Assembly (NCBI GenBank): GCA_963719315.1 | Contig: CAVRBU010000002.1 | Span: forward strand, 1,472,001-1,536,000 | Direction: 5' to 3' | Source of the DNA: an uncultured Planctomycetota bacterium | GTDB taxonomy: Bacteria > Planctomycetota > Planctomycetia > Pirellulales > Lacipirellulaceae | Length of the DNA stretch: 64,000 nt | Shown: positions 10,157 through 20,285 of the stretch, piece after piece | Position numbering within the stretch: the stretch's first letter is position 1 | Layout: the number at the start of each line of letters is the position of its first letter | Program-made: the position numbers and the translations under genes | The notes under the pieces: generated by a model | What the model saw: only the letters and a program-made list of their open reading frames with translations | Database searches by the model: none | What the model was told of the DNA's origin: nothing

Positions 10157-10951
10157 CTATTCGTAACCGTGCTCCTTTGCTGGAAAGCTGCCATCGCGGA
10201 CTTCGTCGCGGAATTGGGTGACGGCCCGCGTGATATCGGTCTTGAGATCGGCATAGGCCTTAACGAACCGTGGCAGGTAGCCGCTCGTGATGCCCAGCAG
10301 ATCGTGCAGCACGAGCACCTGGCCGTCGCAATCGGCACCGGCGCCGATGCCGACTGTGGGGATCGAAATTTTGTCGGTGATTTTTTTCGCCAGTTCTCGG
10401 GGGATGCATTCCAGGACGATCGCGAATGCGCCGGCGGCTTCGGCGGCCTTGGCGTCGGCCATGAGTTCTTTTTCATCGCGCTGCACTTTGTAGCCGCCGA
10501 GAGTGTGGACGCTTTGGGGTCTCAGGCCGCAATGGGCCATGACGGGGATGCCGGCGCGGACCAGCGCCGCGATCGTTTCGGCCTGCTCGACGCCACCCTC
10601 CAACTTCACGGCCTGGCACCGAGTTTCCTTTAGGATGCGGCCAGCGTTTTCGATTGCCCGGTGTGTGCCCAGGTGGAAACTCGGAAACGGCATATCGACG
10701 ACCACGAGTGCGTGCTCGACAGCCCGGCCGACCATCTCGGCGTGGTAGATCATTTCATCGAGCGTGACGGGGAGCGTGCTGTCGTGGCCCTGGACGACCA
10801 TCGACATGCTGTCGCCGACCAGGATGCCCTCGACGCCGGCAGCGTCCACGAGCCGCGCGAGGGCGTAGTCGTAGGCCGTGACCATGGCGATCTTGTGGTG
10901 GGCCGCTTTGAAACCGGAGAATTCCGGGACGGTGATTCGCTGTGGTCGCAT
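10157..10951 (-). CDS. panB: 3-methyl-2-oxobutanoate hydroxymethyltransferase
   Basis: MVTAYD, ILVGDS, VVDMPF, AVKLEGG, GIGAG..CDGQVLVLHDLLG motifs. Confidence 0.97.
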   Translation of the reverse strand: MRPQRITVPEFSGFKAAHHKIAMVTAYDYALARLVDAAGVEGILVGDSMSMVVQGHDSTLPVTLDEMIYHAEMVGRAVEHALVVVDMPFPSFHLGTHRAIENAGRILKETRCQAVKLEGGVEQAETIAALVRAGIPVMAHCGLRPQSVHTLGGYKVQRDEKELMADAKAAEAAGAFAIVLECIPRELAKKITDKISIPTVGIGAGADCDGQVLVLHDLLGITSGYLPRFVKAYADLKTDITRAVTQFRDEVRDGSFPAKEHGYE

Positions 10952-11244
10952 AACACGCTACAGAAGGCAAGAAATGACCGGGATTTAGAGCTACGATTGC
11001 ATTGTGACCGCCGAGGGGGACAGTGGCAACTCTGGCGGGGCTGGAGCTTGACTTACGCGGCGGGCGCGATAGACTGAGGGCCACTTCTCTAGGTCCGCGC
11101 TGCGATTTTGCAGGCCGTCTAATGGCGTAGCAATTCTGGGTTGATATTCGTCGCTGAGACGAATGCGTGGTTGGCAGGTGTTGTTTTGGCCAACCGTTTC
11201 TTACCCGTTCCTTCTGCATTGTTGTTGAAGAAGAGAGGATTTGT

Positions 11245-11979
11245 ATGAGATTTCGACTTCCATTGTGCGCGTGTTCCGTTTTGGCTTTGTGGTTTGTTCT
11301 GCTCGCCGCCAAGTTGCAAGCGACCCCGTTGTCGGACTTGTTTCAAGGCGGCACGATCACTGCCGACGACAAGCTCTTTAGCGGTTTCACATTGATCGGC
11401 AACCAACCGGTCAATGGCGGAATTGCAGACCCCACGATGATTGACGTTACTCCGCTTGTAGATGACCCGCTCGATCCAGGAATCAAGTTCACCGCGCCGG
11501 TCGGGGCGCTGGGCACGCCGTTCGGCCACACGGGCGGCTCGTCGATTCTGTTCGTGTTTTCGTTTGATGCGTCCACTACCAACCAGCAGCCGCTAATCAA
11601 GGACAATTCGCTTCGCCTAAACAGTTGGACTTTCGATGCTGGTCCATTAGCCTCGATCCAAGTCTCGGAGAATGTTTTTGATGCGGCGGGCAACCAGATC
11701 GGCGCCAAAAATACCGTGGCGAAGCCGGGAGAGCAGCCCGGCAGCAGCCCGTTGCACTTCGACACAGCTGAATTCACACCGCGGGCAATCGTCCATGTCG
11801 TGAAGACCGTCTTGATTCAAGGCCCGGGGGACAATGACGGCGCTTTCCTGACGATGTTCGAGCAGCGATTCTCGCAGGTGCCGGAGCCGCACGGCCTGAT
11901 CCTATTCGCCATGTTTGTGGTGTTTTTTGGACTGACGCGCACCCATCGAAGAAAGACCGAATCCAGTGAATGGTGCTAA
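11245..11979 (+). CDS. PEP-CTERM sorting domain protein
   Basis: Signal peptide; C-terminal VPEP + TM helix + basic tail. Confidence 0.8.
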   Translation: MRFRLPLCACSVLALWFVLLAAKLQATPLSDLFQGGTITADDKLFSGFTLIGNQPVNGGIADPTMIDVTPLVDDPLDPGIKFTAPVGALGTPFGHTGGSSILFVFSFDASTTNQQPLIKDNSLRLNSWTFDAGPLASIQVSENVFDAAGNQIGAKNTVAKPGEQPGSSPLHFDTAEFTPRAIVHVVKTVLIQGPGDNDGAFLTMFEQRFSQVPEPHGLILFAMFVVFFGLTRTHRRKTESSEWC

Positions 11980-13162
11980 TTCGTCGAAAGCACGATATTC
12001 TGTGGCCAATCCGATTCGCTGGCCGATTGCGATGACCTTCGCGTTAAGTGGGCTGTGGGGCGCGGCCCCGTGCCAATCGACAATTGCGGAGATTACCAAA
12101 ACAACGGTATATGAGGCGGGCCAGGACGGCTATCACACGTACCGCATCCCGGCCATTGTGCGCGCTAAAAACGGCGACTTGCTGGCGTTCGCCGAAGGTC
12201 GCAAAAACAGTTCGGCCGATCACGGCGATATCGATATCGTCCTGAAGCGGAGCAGCGACAACGGGCAAACCTGGGGGCCGATGCAGTTGGTACAGGATGA
12301 ATGGGCCGATCCGACGGCGACGGTCTGGATCGGCAATCCGACGCCGCTGGTCGATTTGTTGGACCCGCAGCACCCCGGCCGCATTTGGCTGGCGTTCACG
12401 CGCAGCAATCAGCGACTGTTCGTCACCTCCAGCGACGACAACGGCAATACCTGGGCCAAGCGGCGCGAGATAACGCCCGAAGCCGGCAACAAAAAATGGG
12501 ACTGGTACGCGGCCGGACCAGTGCACGGCATCCAGCTTATGCGTGGGGCTCATGCCGGCCGTCTTGTCATTCCGTGCGACCATCGGATCGGTGACTCCAA
12601 AAAAGGTAGCTGGGGTTCGTATCTCGTTTATAGTGACGATCATGGCGCCACTTGGAAACTCGGCGCATCCGATACGCACACGCACTCCGACGCGGTGCAT
12701 CCGAACGAGTGTGTCGCGGTCGAGCTTGTGGATGGGCGCGTGTATGTGAATGCCCGCCAGCATCAAGGCTCATCCAAGGCAACGCGGGTTGTCGCTTACA
12801 GTAGCGACGGCGGCGCCACATTTGATGCGCCGTTCGCCGCGGAACCGAAAATCTCTTCGCCCGTCGTACAGAATTCGTTGATTCGGTTTTCTGCGACCGA
12901 CCAGGGGGACGCCCGAAACTTGCTCATCTACTGCGGTCCCGGCGATCCGAAAGCACGGCGCGATCTAACGATTCTCACCAGCGAAGACGAAGGCAAAACC
13001 TGGCAGCGGCAATTGGAACTCCAGCATGGTCCGGCAGCGTATTGTGATCTGGTAAAGCTCGATGACCAGCACGTTGGTGTGTTGTATGAAGCGGGAAAGA
13101 AGCTCTACAACGAGATCCTGTTTGGCACGTTTGGCTTGGATGACTTGACGCCTTTGAAGTAG
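11966..13162 (+). CDS. exo-alpha-sialidase (GH33, BNR/Asp-box propeller)
   Basis: YRIP motif; repeated SxDxGxTW Asp-boxes. Confidence 0.92.
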   Translation: MNGANSSKARYSVANPIRWPIAMTFALSGLWGAAPCQSTIAEITKTTVYEAGQDGYHTYRIPAIVRAKNGDLLAFAEGRKNSSADHGDIDIVLKRSSDNGQTWGPMQLVQDEWADPTATVWIGNPTPLVDLLDPQHPGRIWLAFTRSNQRLFVTSSDDNGNTWAKRREITPEAGNKKWDWYAAGPVHGIQLMRGAHAGRLVIPCDHRIGDSKKGSWGSYLVYSDDHGATWKLGASDTHTHSDAVHPNECVAVELVDGRVYVNARQHQGSSKATRVVAYSSDGGATFDAPFAAEPKISSPVVQNSLIRFSATDQGDARNLLIYCGPGDPKARRDLTILTSEDEGKTWQRQLELQHGPAAYCDLVKLDDQHVGVLYEAGKKLYNEILFGTFGLDDLTPLK

Positions 13163-13213
13163 TCTTCTCACTCTGCGTCAAGCCGGAATCCTTGCGAATT
13201 CCGCTACGGGAGA

Positions 13214-14230
13214 TCACTGCAGCATTTGCTCGATGGCGGCGGCCAGCCGATAGCCGGCTTCCACGGCGCGGCGCTCCGCTATTTCTTCGGCGTCCAGTTT
13301 GTATGCGGGCGATAGATCGAGCGGTCCGAGGTGGGAGTGGCCCTCCCGGTCTGCCACTTTCTTTAGTACGTCCTTCGTGTACGCGTGCTGCTTGGCAAGC
13401 TCTGAACTTTCGTCGATCCACTTGCCGGGGTCGAGCGTGGCGGCAGCCTGTTTGCCGGCGGCCTGAAGCTTGCGGTTCTGATCGAGGTCGGTCGCCGCAA
13501 TGCGCAGCGTTTCAAACGGCTCGTCGTTCGATATTTGCTCGTCCCAGAATGCGTGCAGGGCCCAGTTGTGTTCGTACGGGACATAGTTTCCACCGTGGTC
13601 GCCACGACGAAAGCGGTGTGTCGTAAACAAGGCAACCGCGTGCAGCGGCTGGTGGGCGTCGCCGGCCAGGTGCATCACCCAGCAGAGGTGGACCGACCGC
13701 TTTTCCTTGGGCTCGCTAGGATCGCGGACGATGTGGGCCGAGTTCTTAAGCGATTGGATGATATTCATGTTCGTGTCGTCGGAGTCTTGCGGCGGGTCGC
13801 GGCGTCGATTGACGCGAACCTCGCCCTGCAACTGCCGCTGCTCGTCTGCATTCAGGAATATCGGCTCGTTGATGAAATGCCAGTACGGCCGATTGTATTG
13901 GCTCACGTCCTGGTGATTCACGCCTCCCTTGGAGTCGCGCACCTGATCGGGCCAGGTAGCGGCGTGAGCGAAGATCCACTGGTCCTGGTCGCGGTCGTCG
14001 CCCCGTTGGATCTCGCGCGGCATCGCACTTTCGAAGTGCTCCTGAAACCGCGGATGGTTGCGAAGGAGTTCAACCGCCTTGGTACGCGTTGCCGGCTCCA
14101 ATTGATCGTATGCGATGAGCGCCACGATCATGTGGCCGGGCGAGTTCCAGGCCAACGCCGCCGTCGGCAAAACGTACAAACCACACAGGAAGCTGGCAAA
14201 CACAAATCGCGATGGGCGGCGCATAGACAA
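13214..14230 (-). CDS. S1/P1 nuclease
   Basis: Signal peptide then WNSPGH, ATWPD, WHF, HLAGDAHQPLH, LHAFWD. Confidence 0.92.
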   Translation of the reverse strand: MSMRRPSRFVFASFLCGLYVLPTAALAWNSPGHMIVALIAYDQLEPATRTKAVELLRNHPRFQEHFESAMPREIQRGDDRDQDQWIFAHAATWPDQVRDSKGGVNHQDVSQYNRPYWHFINEPIFLNADEQRQLQGEVRVNRRRDPPQDSDDTNMNIIQSLKNSAHIVRDPSEPKEKRSVHLCWVMHLAGDAHQPLHAVALFTTHRFRRGDHGGNYVPYEHNWALHAFWDEQISNDEPFETLRIAATDLDQNRKLQAAGKQAAATLDPGKWIDESSELAKQHAYTKDVLKKVADREGHSHLGPLDLSPAYKLDAEEIAERRAVEAGYRLAAAIEQMLQ

Positions 14231-14471
14231 ACCATATGTTGGTCGGGCAGGAATGATGAGTCAGAGCGAATCATAGTCAGTCGTTTTGGTCCATTCTCTG
14301 GTCCTGCTAAATCAGCTTTCGCCGTTGTGATCCAAGGTATTCGCACGGATCGATTCGATCCCCGCTCCGATGGTCACGTCGAATTATCATGACGCGACTT
14401 AAGCGCCTACTCGATATCGTGCAAGACCACGCGGCCGACCTTTTGTCGGCCCGTCAATTTCGGTGGAAGCG

Positions 14472-14558
14472 CAAAACCGCACCGTTTTCCGCTCCGGGAA
14501 AAGCCACACAGCCGAACGTCGGCTGGTAATCTAAATCTCGATTCGGCATAGGGTTAAA
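14472..14558 (-). promoter_or_regulatory. degenerate integrase-leader/arm module outside the att site
   Basis: Aligns with 40123-40215 and 54355-54447 (CAAAAC..ACCGTTTT.CGC..GGAAA.GCCACAC..CCGA....GC.GGTA). Confidence 0.55.
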
Positions 14559-14606
<48 letters not shown>

Positions 14607-14756
14607 GCACCAAATAATGCGTTGCTTTCCTGAGTTCTTTGACGTTTCCCTCGGTGAATAGTTGCAATTGTACGCCATCATCCTACCGTTGCAAGTCATC
14701 GCAGTTGATTGCAATTTCATTCGGCAAATGGCAGTATTCATATCGGGCGCACGGCG

Positions 14757-14778
14757 CAAAACGGTAGTTACCGTTTTG
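14757..14778. promoter_or_regulatory. palindromic site CAAAACGGTAGTTACCGTTTTG (putative integrase arm or operator site)
   Basis: Identical 22-mer at 40123-40144 near the other island end; variant at 54355-54376. Confidence 0.6.
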
Positions 14779-14803
14779 GCACCAAGCTCGGTAGCGATGC
14801 CCT

Positions 14804-14995
14804 GTGTGCTCGCATAGGACGCGCCAGGAAGTGAGCCGACGCGTGGACGCCCCGGATTGGTTCGATACCTATCAAACGTGGATGGCATACGTGCCGGACG
14901 AGTTGCGGCAGGTTTGGCCATCGCTTTCGCGTGAAACGAGGCTGGCTATTGTCGTTTTTTGCGACGAGCTGGTTTCGCGGGAGAACTTCGAGTAG
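14804..14995 (+). CDS. small Trp-rich hypothetical protein (phage-like)
   Basis: PDW..W..YVPDELRQVW..LS.E.RL...DEL.SRE.FE pattern; alternative GTG start at 14831 after AGGA. Confidence 0.5.
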   Translation: MCSHRTRQEVSRRVDAPDWFDTYQTWMAYVPDELRQVWPSLSRETRLAIVVFCDELVSRENFE

Positions 14996-15524
14996 CCTTT
15001 CCAATATTCTTGTCGCGATTGTCCAGTCGCGCGGTCATCCACTTGTCCATTCGCATGCCGATTACAACTCCCGACATCAGATAGCGCTCTCGCATCGTCA
15101 ACGGGCCTTCTGACGAGGTGCATTCGTTGGCTGCCTTCAATTCGACGCACATGCTTTTCACAGGGTCTTTATCGAAAGACTTATGGCCCGACGTGTGCGC
15201 AAACTTGTTTCGGATTTTGGCCATTATTCCCATATCCCGAAGACCGTTCGCGCTAATAGCCCCGAGGCAATACGCCAACTTTATTTGATACGAGAACGTG
15301 AGTACGCCCAGTGTATCGTCATCGCCAGTAATTTCCTTGGCAATACGGGCCTGCTCAATCTCCAATCCCATCGCGCAGTAAAGCGCCATACGCACACGCT
15401 CTTCGACTGCCGCCTGTGCCACAATCGCCGCGGCCCTTTCGGAATCGCCCGTAAATTCCTTTGTGAAGCTAGCTAAATCATCCGGCGAACCAGCGCCCAG
15501 TTTGACTTGTCTTCGCTTATCCAT
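14946..15524 (-). CDS. MtlR/MltR-like HEPN-fold protein
   Basis: DSERAAAIV, LTFSYQIKLAYCLG and IRNKFAH (Rx4H) motifs typical of the MtlR family. Confidence 0.8.
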   Translation of the reverse strand: MDKRRQVKLGAGSPDDLASFTKEFTGDSERAAAIVAQAAVEERVRMALYCAMGLEIEQARIAKEITGDDDTLGVLTFSYQIKLAYCLGAISANGLRDMGIMAKIRNKFAHTSGHKSFDKDPVKSMCVELKAANECTSSEGPLTMRERYLMSGVVIGMRMDKWMTARLDNRDKNIGKATRSSPAKPARRKKRQ

Positions 15525-16085
15525 CGGAAGGTTGTCCCGTAGTTTGGCACTGCAACGGTCTTATAAGTCGCCTGGCTGCTGCCACGGCCTTGCACTTCGC
15601 TAATTACAATTTCTGCTGGCGGCCACCCGCGCGATGTGTCGATCGCGTTCATTCAACAATAAGCCGACGTTCAAAGTCGTTTGGTCTTAACGGCCCCTTT
15701 TAAGTGTGGGGTTTTGTGGGTATTCAATCCCCCAAGATCGCATAGGCTCATCGGCCTGGCATGTTGATCGCTTTTGCGTGCCGATCGGGAAAGCAGTCCG
15801 AGCGCAAATTTGCGCCGGACTCAATTCAGGCCGTCGAATGCGTGCGATTGTCGATTGAGCGGGATTGGCGATTCCATCGGAACGCCAGAATTCACTCCCG
15901 GTCAATTTTGACGCACAAGGAATTCCCGCTGAGGGAACAGCAAAAGGCGTCGACAACTCGAATAGTCGACTAGATCCAAAACGGGACAAGTAAGAACTGC
16001 CTCGGCTCGAGCTCAGCAAAAGGGGCCAGGAGTAGCACGACGGCTGACCAAGTCAGTCAGTCGGCAACGATTGCGCCATTGGTCC

Positions 16086-16160
16086 GTCCCTTTCGCCTCG
16101 CTTTCGCGTCGGCCTTCGCCCTGCGCCTGGAGGCTGATGCGAAAGCGAGGCGAAAGGGAC
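16086..16160 (+). repeat. long REP-like hairpin
   Basis: Perfect 22-bp IR GTCCCTTTCGCCTCGCTTTCGC/GCGAAAGCGAGGCGAAAGGGAC, extended by 10 bp with three G.U pairs. Confidence 0.75.
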
Positions 16161-16380
16161 TCACGAAAAGGCGAAATTATGTAGTACCACACTTGTCCCA
16201 CACACGGCTTCATAGTCGACCGATTTTGGCACGGGGCGTTGGCAGCCTTCGCGCTTGTGCGATCGGGCCACCCCCGTCCCGCTTTATTGCGCGATCGTGC
16301 TTTCGGCCGCGATATCGGTCATCTTAGTCGGCTTGACCCCCTCATCGGGCAGGTTGAAAGGGTCAAGTCACACACGACCC

Positions 16381-17814
16381 TTAGTTCTCTGAAAAGGCGT
16401 AAAGATGTTCGGCAGTGCGTACATACAGCGTGTTATCTGCAATCGCAGGCGTCGCAGCCAGCCGTTCGCCGAGCGGCGGATTCTTGGCCACGACTTCCGG
16501 CGAGTTCGCCCCAGCCTTTAACACGGTGATCGTGCCATCCATCAAGGATGAGAAATAGATGTGTCCATTGGCAGCCACGGGAGACGCGTAGTATTTTCCG
16601 GGGGCAACCGCCCGTTTCTGGTACAACTCATCGCCGGACGTTGTGTCGTAGGCAGTGACAATCCCGCCGTCCTTCACCATCAAGAACTGACCACCATACA
16701 CGATTGCGGATGGGACATAGGGAAGGCCTCCCGTTTTTTGCCACCGGATGTGTGTCGCCGTCACGTCTCCGGCGCCGCCGGGCTTGAGCGCAAAGGCACG
16801 ATTTTTTGATGCGGCCAACAAGGCCAGCGCGCTTTCCCATTCAGCGCTTGTGATTTTGCCGTCCTTATTTGCATCAATCGTATCAAAGAATGCCTTAAAC
16901 GCACTCGATGGCAATTCCGTCTTGGACACGGCGCCGTCGCCGTCGGAATCCCCGATGAGCAACAAGCCGAAGGGGGGCAATTTGAAGCCCTTGTCGTCCG
17001 GAGCGCCCGGCGACCAGGCGGCAAAGTACAGGTCGCCGTCGGAGGTCATCGGCGACGCGCAAGTCGCCGTCGGCATACCTTCGACGAACCACTTTTCGTC
17101 GCCGCTCTGAAGGTCGTAGCCAATTAGCTTGTAATGCCCCGCCGCCGCAATCTGCTTTCCAGCGGCCGTGTCCCACACCACCGGCGTACTAAAGCCGCCC
17201 CTCGACGCGCGCTTCTTTTCCCATTTCAAGTCACCGGTAGTTGAATCGATCGCAATAATCCTCGGGTCGATCCCTTCGTCCCGCAGCAGGACGACAGTAT
17301 TCTCGGCAATGATGGGTGACACGCCGGAACCGTAATTTCCCAAGGTCGACGCCGGCGGCATCTCGATCTTCCAGAGCTCCTTCCCCGCGAGATCGTAGCA
17401 GAACAATCCACACGATCCAAAATAGGAAACAATTCGCTCACCGTCCGTCGCTGGAGTCGAAGCGGCAGGGCTGCCTTCCGTTTCGTGATGGGCCTCAAGC
17501 TTAAGCGCCGGCGCTTTCGCGCGCCAAACCTCGCTGCCGTCCGCGCGGTTGTAGGCAATCGTGTACAGCTCTCCGTTATCAAGCGCCGTAAGTACGAGTT
17601 TGTCGCCGGCGATGATCGGGGATGAAAGTCCGCCAGGCACGGAAACCTTCCACTTCACATTCTTGTCTGGACCGATGTCTATGGGTGGCTTCTCGTCCGT
17701 CGCGATGCCCGACCCATTCGGGCCGCGAAACCGTGACCACGCGAGCGAGTTCTCGGCGCCTTGCACCGAGACGCCGATCACCAACGCCAATAGCAGTGCG
17801 GTGAGTTTGCTCAT
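16381..17814 (-). CDS. PQQ-binding-like (BamB-type) beta-propeller protein with EF-hand insert
   Basis: Signal peptide, WSRFRGPNGSG, repeated SP/TP..G...W blades, DSDGDG and DANKDG EF-hand loops. Confidence 0.88.
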   Translation of the reverse strand: MSKLTALLLALVIGVSVQGAENSLAWSRFRGPNGSGIATDEKPPIDIGPDKNVKWKVSVPGGLSSPIIAGDKLVLTALDNGELYTIAYNRADGSEVWRAKAPALKLEAHHETEGSPAASTPATDGERIVSYFGSCGLFCYDLAGKELWKIEMPPASTLGNYGSGVSPIIAENTVVLLRDEGIDPRIIAIDSTTGDLKWEKKRASRGGFSTPVVWDTAAGKQIAAAGHYKLIGYDLQSGDEKWFVEGMPTATCASPMTSDGDLYFAAWSPGAPDDKGFKLPPFGLLLIGDSDGDGAVSKTELPSSAFKAFFDTIDANKDGKITSAEWESALALLAASKNRAFALKPGGAGDVTATHIRWQKTGGLPYVPSAIVYGGQFLMVKDGGIVTAYDTTSGDELYQKRAVAPGKYYASPVAANGHIYFSSLMDGTITVLKAGANSPEVVAKNPPLGERLAATPAIADNTLYVRTAEHLYAFSEN

Positions 17815-17966
17815 GCCAGGGGCCTCGAATCTGGTTATGCTAGTGAAATCCACACCTTTAACGTATCGAGTTCGCGGAGAAAGCGGTAGAGGCCGCTGAC
17901 CGGTACAGTGCCCATAATCTGCGTTGCGCCGAAGACGGCCAATTGTACAAGCCAGAGAATTGCCAC

Positions 17967-19135
17967 ATGACAAACCACGGTGACTACCAGCTCGACATCT
18001 ACTTACGCGGATTGGCCGGTGTACGCGAGAGCCTGCCAGTCACGTTCGCCGAGCTCGAGCGTCGAGCCCATGCGGTCATGTCTGAAGAGATGGTCTCCTA
18101 CGTAGCTGGCGGGGCCGGGAACGAGCACACCCACGACGCCAACGTCCGCGTTTTCGATCGCTGGGGCCTCGTGCCACGAATGCTTGTCGGCGCAGCTAAG
18201 CGAGATCTGTCGGTGAACCTGTTCGGCCATAAACTTGCGACACCACTCCTGATGGCGCCGATCGGCGTGATCGGCATGTGCTCTCGCGACGGGCACGGCG
18301 ACGTTGCCACGGCGAAGGCCGCCGCCGCCACGGGTGTGCCCATGATTGCTTCCACGCTAACCGTTGATCCGTTGGAGGACGTCGCCAAAGAATTCGGCAA
18401 CACGCCCGGCTTCTTCCAGCTTTGCACGCCGAACGACCGCGACTTGGCGGAGAGCTTTGTCCACCGCGCCGAAGTCGCTGGCTTTGCCGGAATTGTCGTG
18501 ACGCTCGACACCCCGACACTAGGCTGGCGCCCGCGCGACCTGCGGCTTGGCTACTTCCCCCAGATGCAAGGCCATTGTCTGGCCAACTACACGTCCGATC
18601 CGCTATTCCGAGCGAAGCTCGGCAAGCCGCCGGAGGAGGATATGCGAGCGGCTGCCCGCAAGTGGGTTGAGACATTTGCGAACCCGACGCTTAGTTGGGA
18701 CGACCTGCCTTGGCTGCGGTCGCTGACCAAACTCCCGCTGCTGCTCAAAGGGATCTGCCACCCTGACGATGGCGCCGAGCGATCGATGGCGGCGTCGACG
18801 GCATCTACTGTTCCAACCACGGTGGTCGCCAAGCCAACGGCGGAGTCGCGACGCTCGACATGCTGCCGCGCGTGGTGGAAGCTTGCGGGAACACTCCGGT
18901 ACTGTTCGACTCCGGCGTGCGTTCGGGCGAGCATGTAATCAAGGCACTCGCCCTAGGAGCCACGGCCGTCGGGATCGGCCGCCCCTACGCCTACGGCCTG
19001 GCGCTCGCCGGCGTCGACGGGATCGTGCATGTACTGCGCTGTCTGCTTGCCGAAGCGGACCTACTGATGGCGGTCGACGGCTACCCAACTCTCGCCGACT
19101 TAACACCGGATGCGCTCGTCCCCTGCCCGAGTTGA
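17967..19135 (+). CDS. FMN-dependent alpha-hydroxy acid oxidase / lactate 2-monooxygenase family (frameshift near 18775)
   Basis: [36 protein letters not shown] and [22 protein letters not shown] in the shifted frame. Confidence 0.88.
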
Positions 19136-19222
19136 ACACTTCGCAGCGACCGCTGGTTGCGATTTTCCCAGTTCTGGGTCAAAATGGCGGCGACACCCAC
19201 AAGAATCCTCTCGGAGATCGCG

Positions 19223-20230
19223 ATGCGAAATGTTACCGCAATCATATTGATTCAGTTCTGCCTCGTCGCAACGGCTGCCCGCCTTACAGCCGCCGAACCC
19301 AAAGCCGTTGCGTTCACGGATCCAGAACGTGCCGGGATCGACTACAAGCTACAAGGCGAGTACGTCGGCGAGCTCGATTCCAATGAAGGAAATCGGAAGA
19401 TCGGCATTCAAGTCGTCGCGTTGGGGGACGGGAAGTTTCGCGCCGTTGGCTATGTCGGCGGACTGCCAGGCGACGGTTGGTCGCGTGGGGACGAGAAACA
19501 CAGTGGCGACGGAGAGCTCAAGAACGGCCAAGTTCAGTTCCATCCCGACGATCCCAACGCATCGGAAAGTGCCACCGCGATCCTCAAGGACGGCAAGATC
19601 GCCATCTTGGATGATCAGAGAACGATCGCCGAGTTGAAGAAGGTCGAGCGAAAGAGCCCAACCTTGGGCGCTCGGCCGCCGAAGGGCGCGATCGTCTTGT
19701 TCGATGGCAGCAATACCGAGGCGTGGGAGAACGGCAAGCTCGTCGAGAAGAATCTACTTGGCTCTACAGGTGCATTATCGAAGCAGAAGTTTGGCGACGA
19801 ATTGCTGCACGCCGAGTTCCGCACGCCGTTCATGCCAACCGCGCGCGGCCAGGGCCGGGGCAACAGCGGTGTTTACGTCCAGGGCCGCTACGAATGTCAG
19901 GTGCTCGATTCGTTTGGCCTCGAAGGCGAGGACAACGAATGCGGGGGAATTTATTCGATCGCGAAACCGGCGGTCAACATGTGCTTCCCGCCGCTCTCGT
20001 GGCAAACGTACGACATCGACTTCACTGCCGCTCGATATGACGAGAAGGGCAACAAGACCAAAAACGCGCGCGTGACGATCAAGCACAACGGCGTGGTCAT
20101 CCATAAAGACCTCGAGCTTCCTCACGGAACGCCGGGCCACGACGCTGAAGGTCCTGAACCCGATGCAGTCTTCCTGCAGGATCATGGCAACCCCGTCGCG
20201 TTCCGCAACATTTGGGTTGTCGAGAAGTGA
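19223..20230 (+). CDS. DUF1080 (3-keto-disaccharide hydrolase-like) protein
   Basis: GAIVLFDG, LHAEF, GNSGVY, YECQVLD, WQTYDI, LQDHGNPVAFRNIW. Confidence 0.9.
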   Translation: MRNVTAIILIQFCLVATAARLTAAEPKAVAFTDPERAGIDYKLQGEYVGELDSNEGNRKIGIQVVALGDGKFRAVGYVGGLPGDGWSRGDEKHSGDGELKNGQVQFHPDDPNASESATAILKDGKIAILDDQRTIAELKKVERKSPTLGARPPKGAIVLFDGSNTEAWENGKLVEKNLLGSTGALSKQKFGDELLHAEFRTPFMPTARGQGRGNSGVYVQGRYECQVLDSFGLEGEDNECGGIYSIAKPAVNMCFPPLSWQTYDIDFTAARYDEKGNKTKNARVTIKHNGVVIHKDLELPHGTPGHDAEGPEPDAVFLQDHGNPVAFRNIWVVEK

Positions 20231-20285
20231 TGCGTGTCTTCGGTGTCGCCTGCCAATTTCAGGGGTCGCCATCAAATCACAGCGA

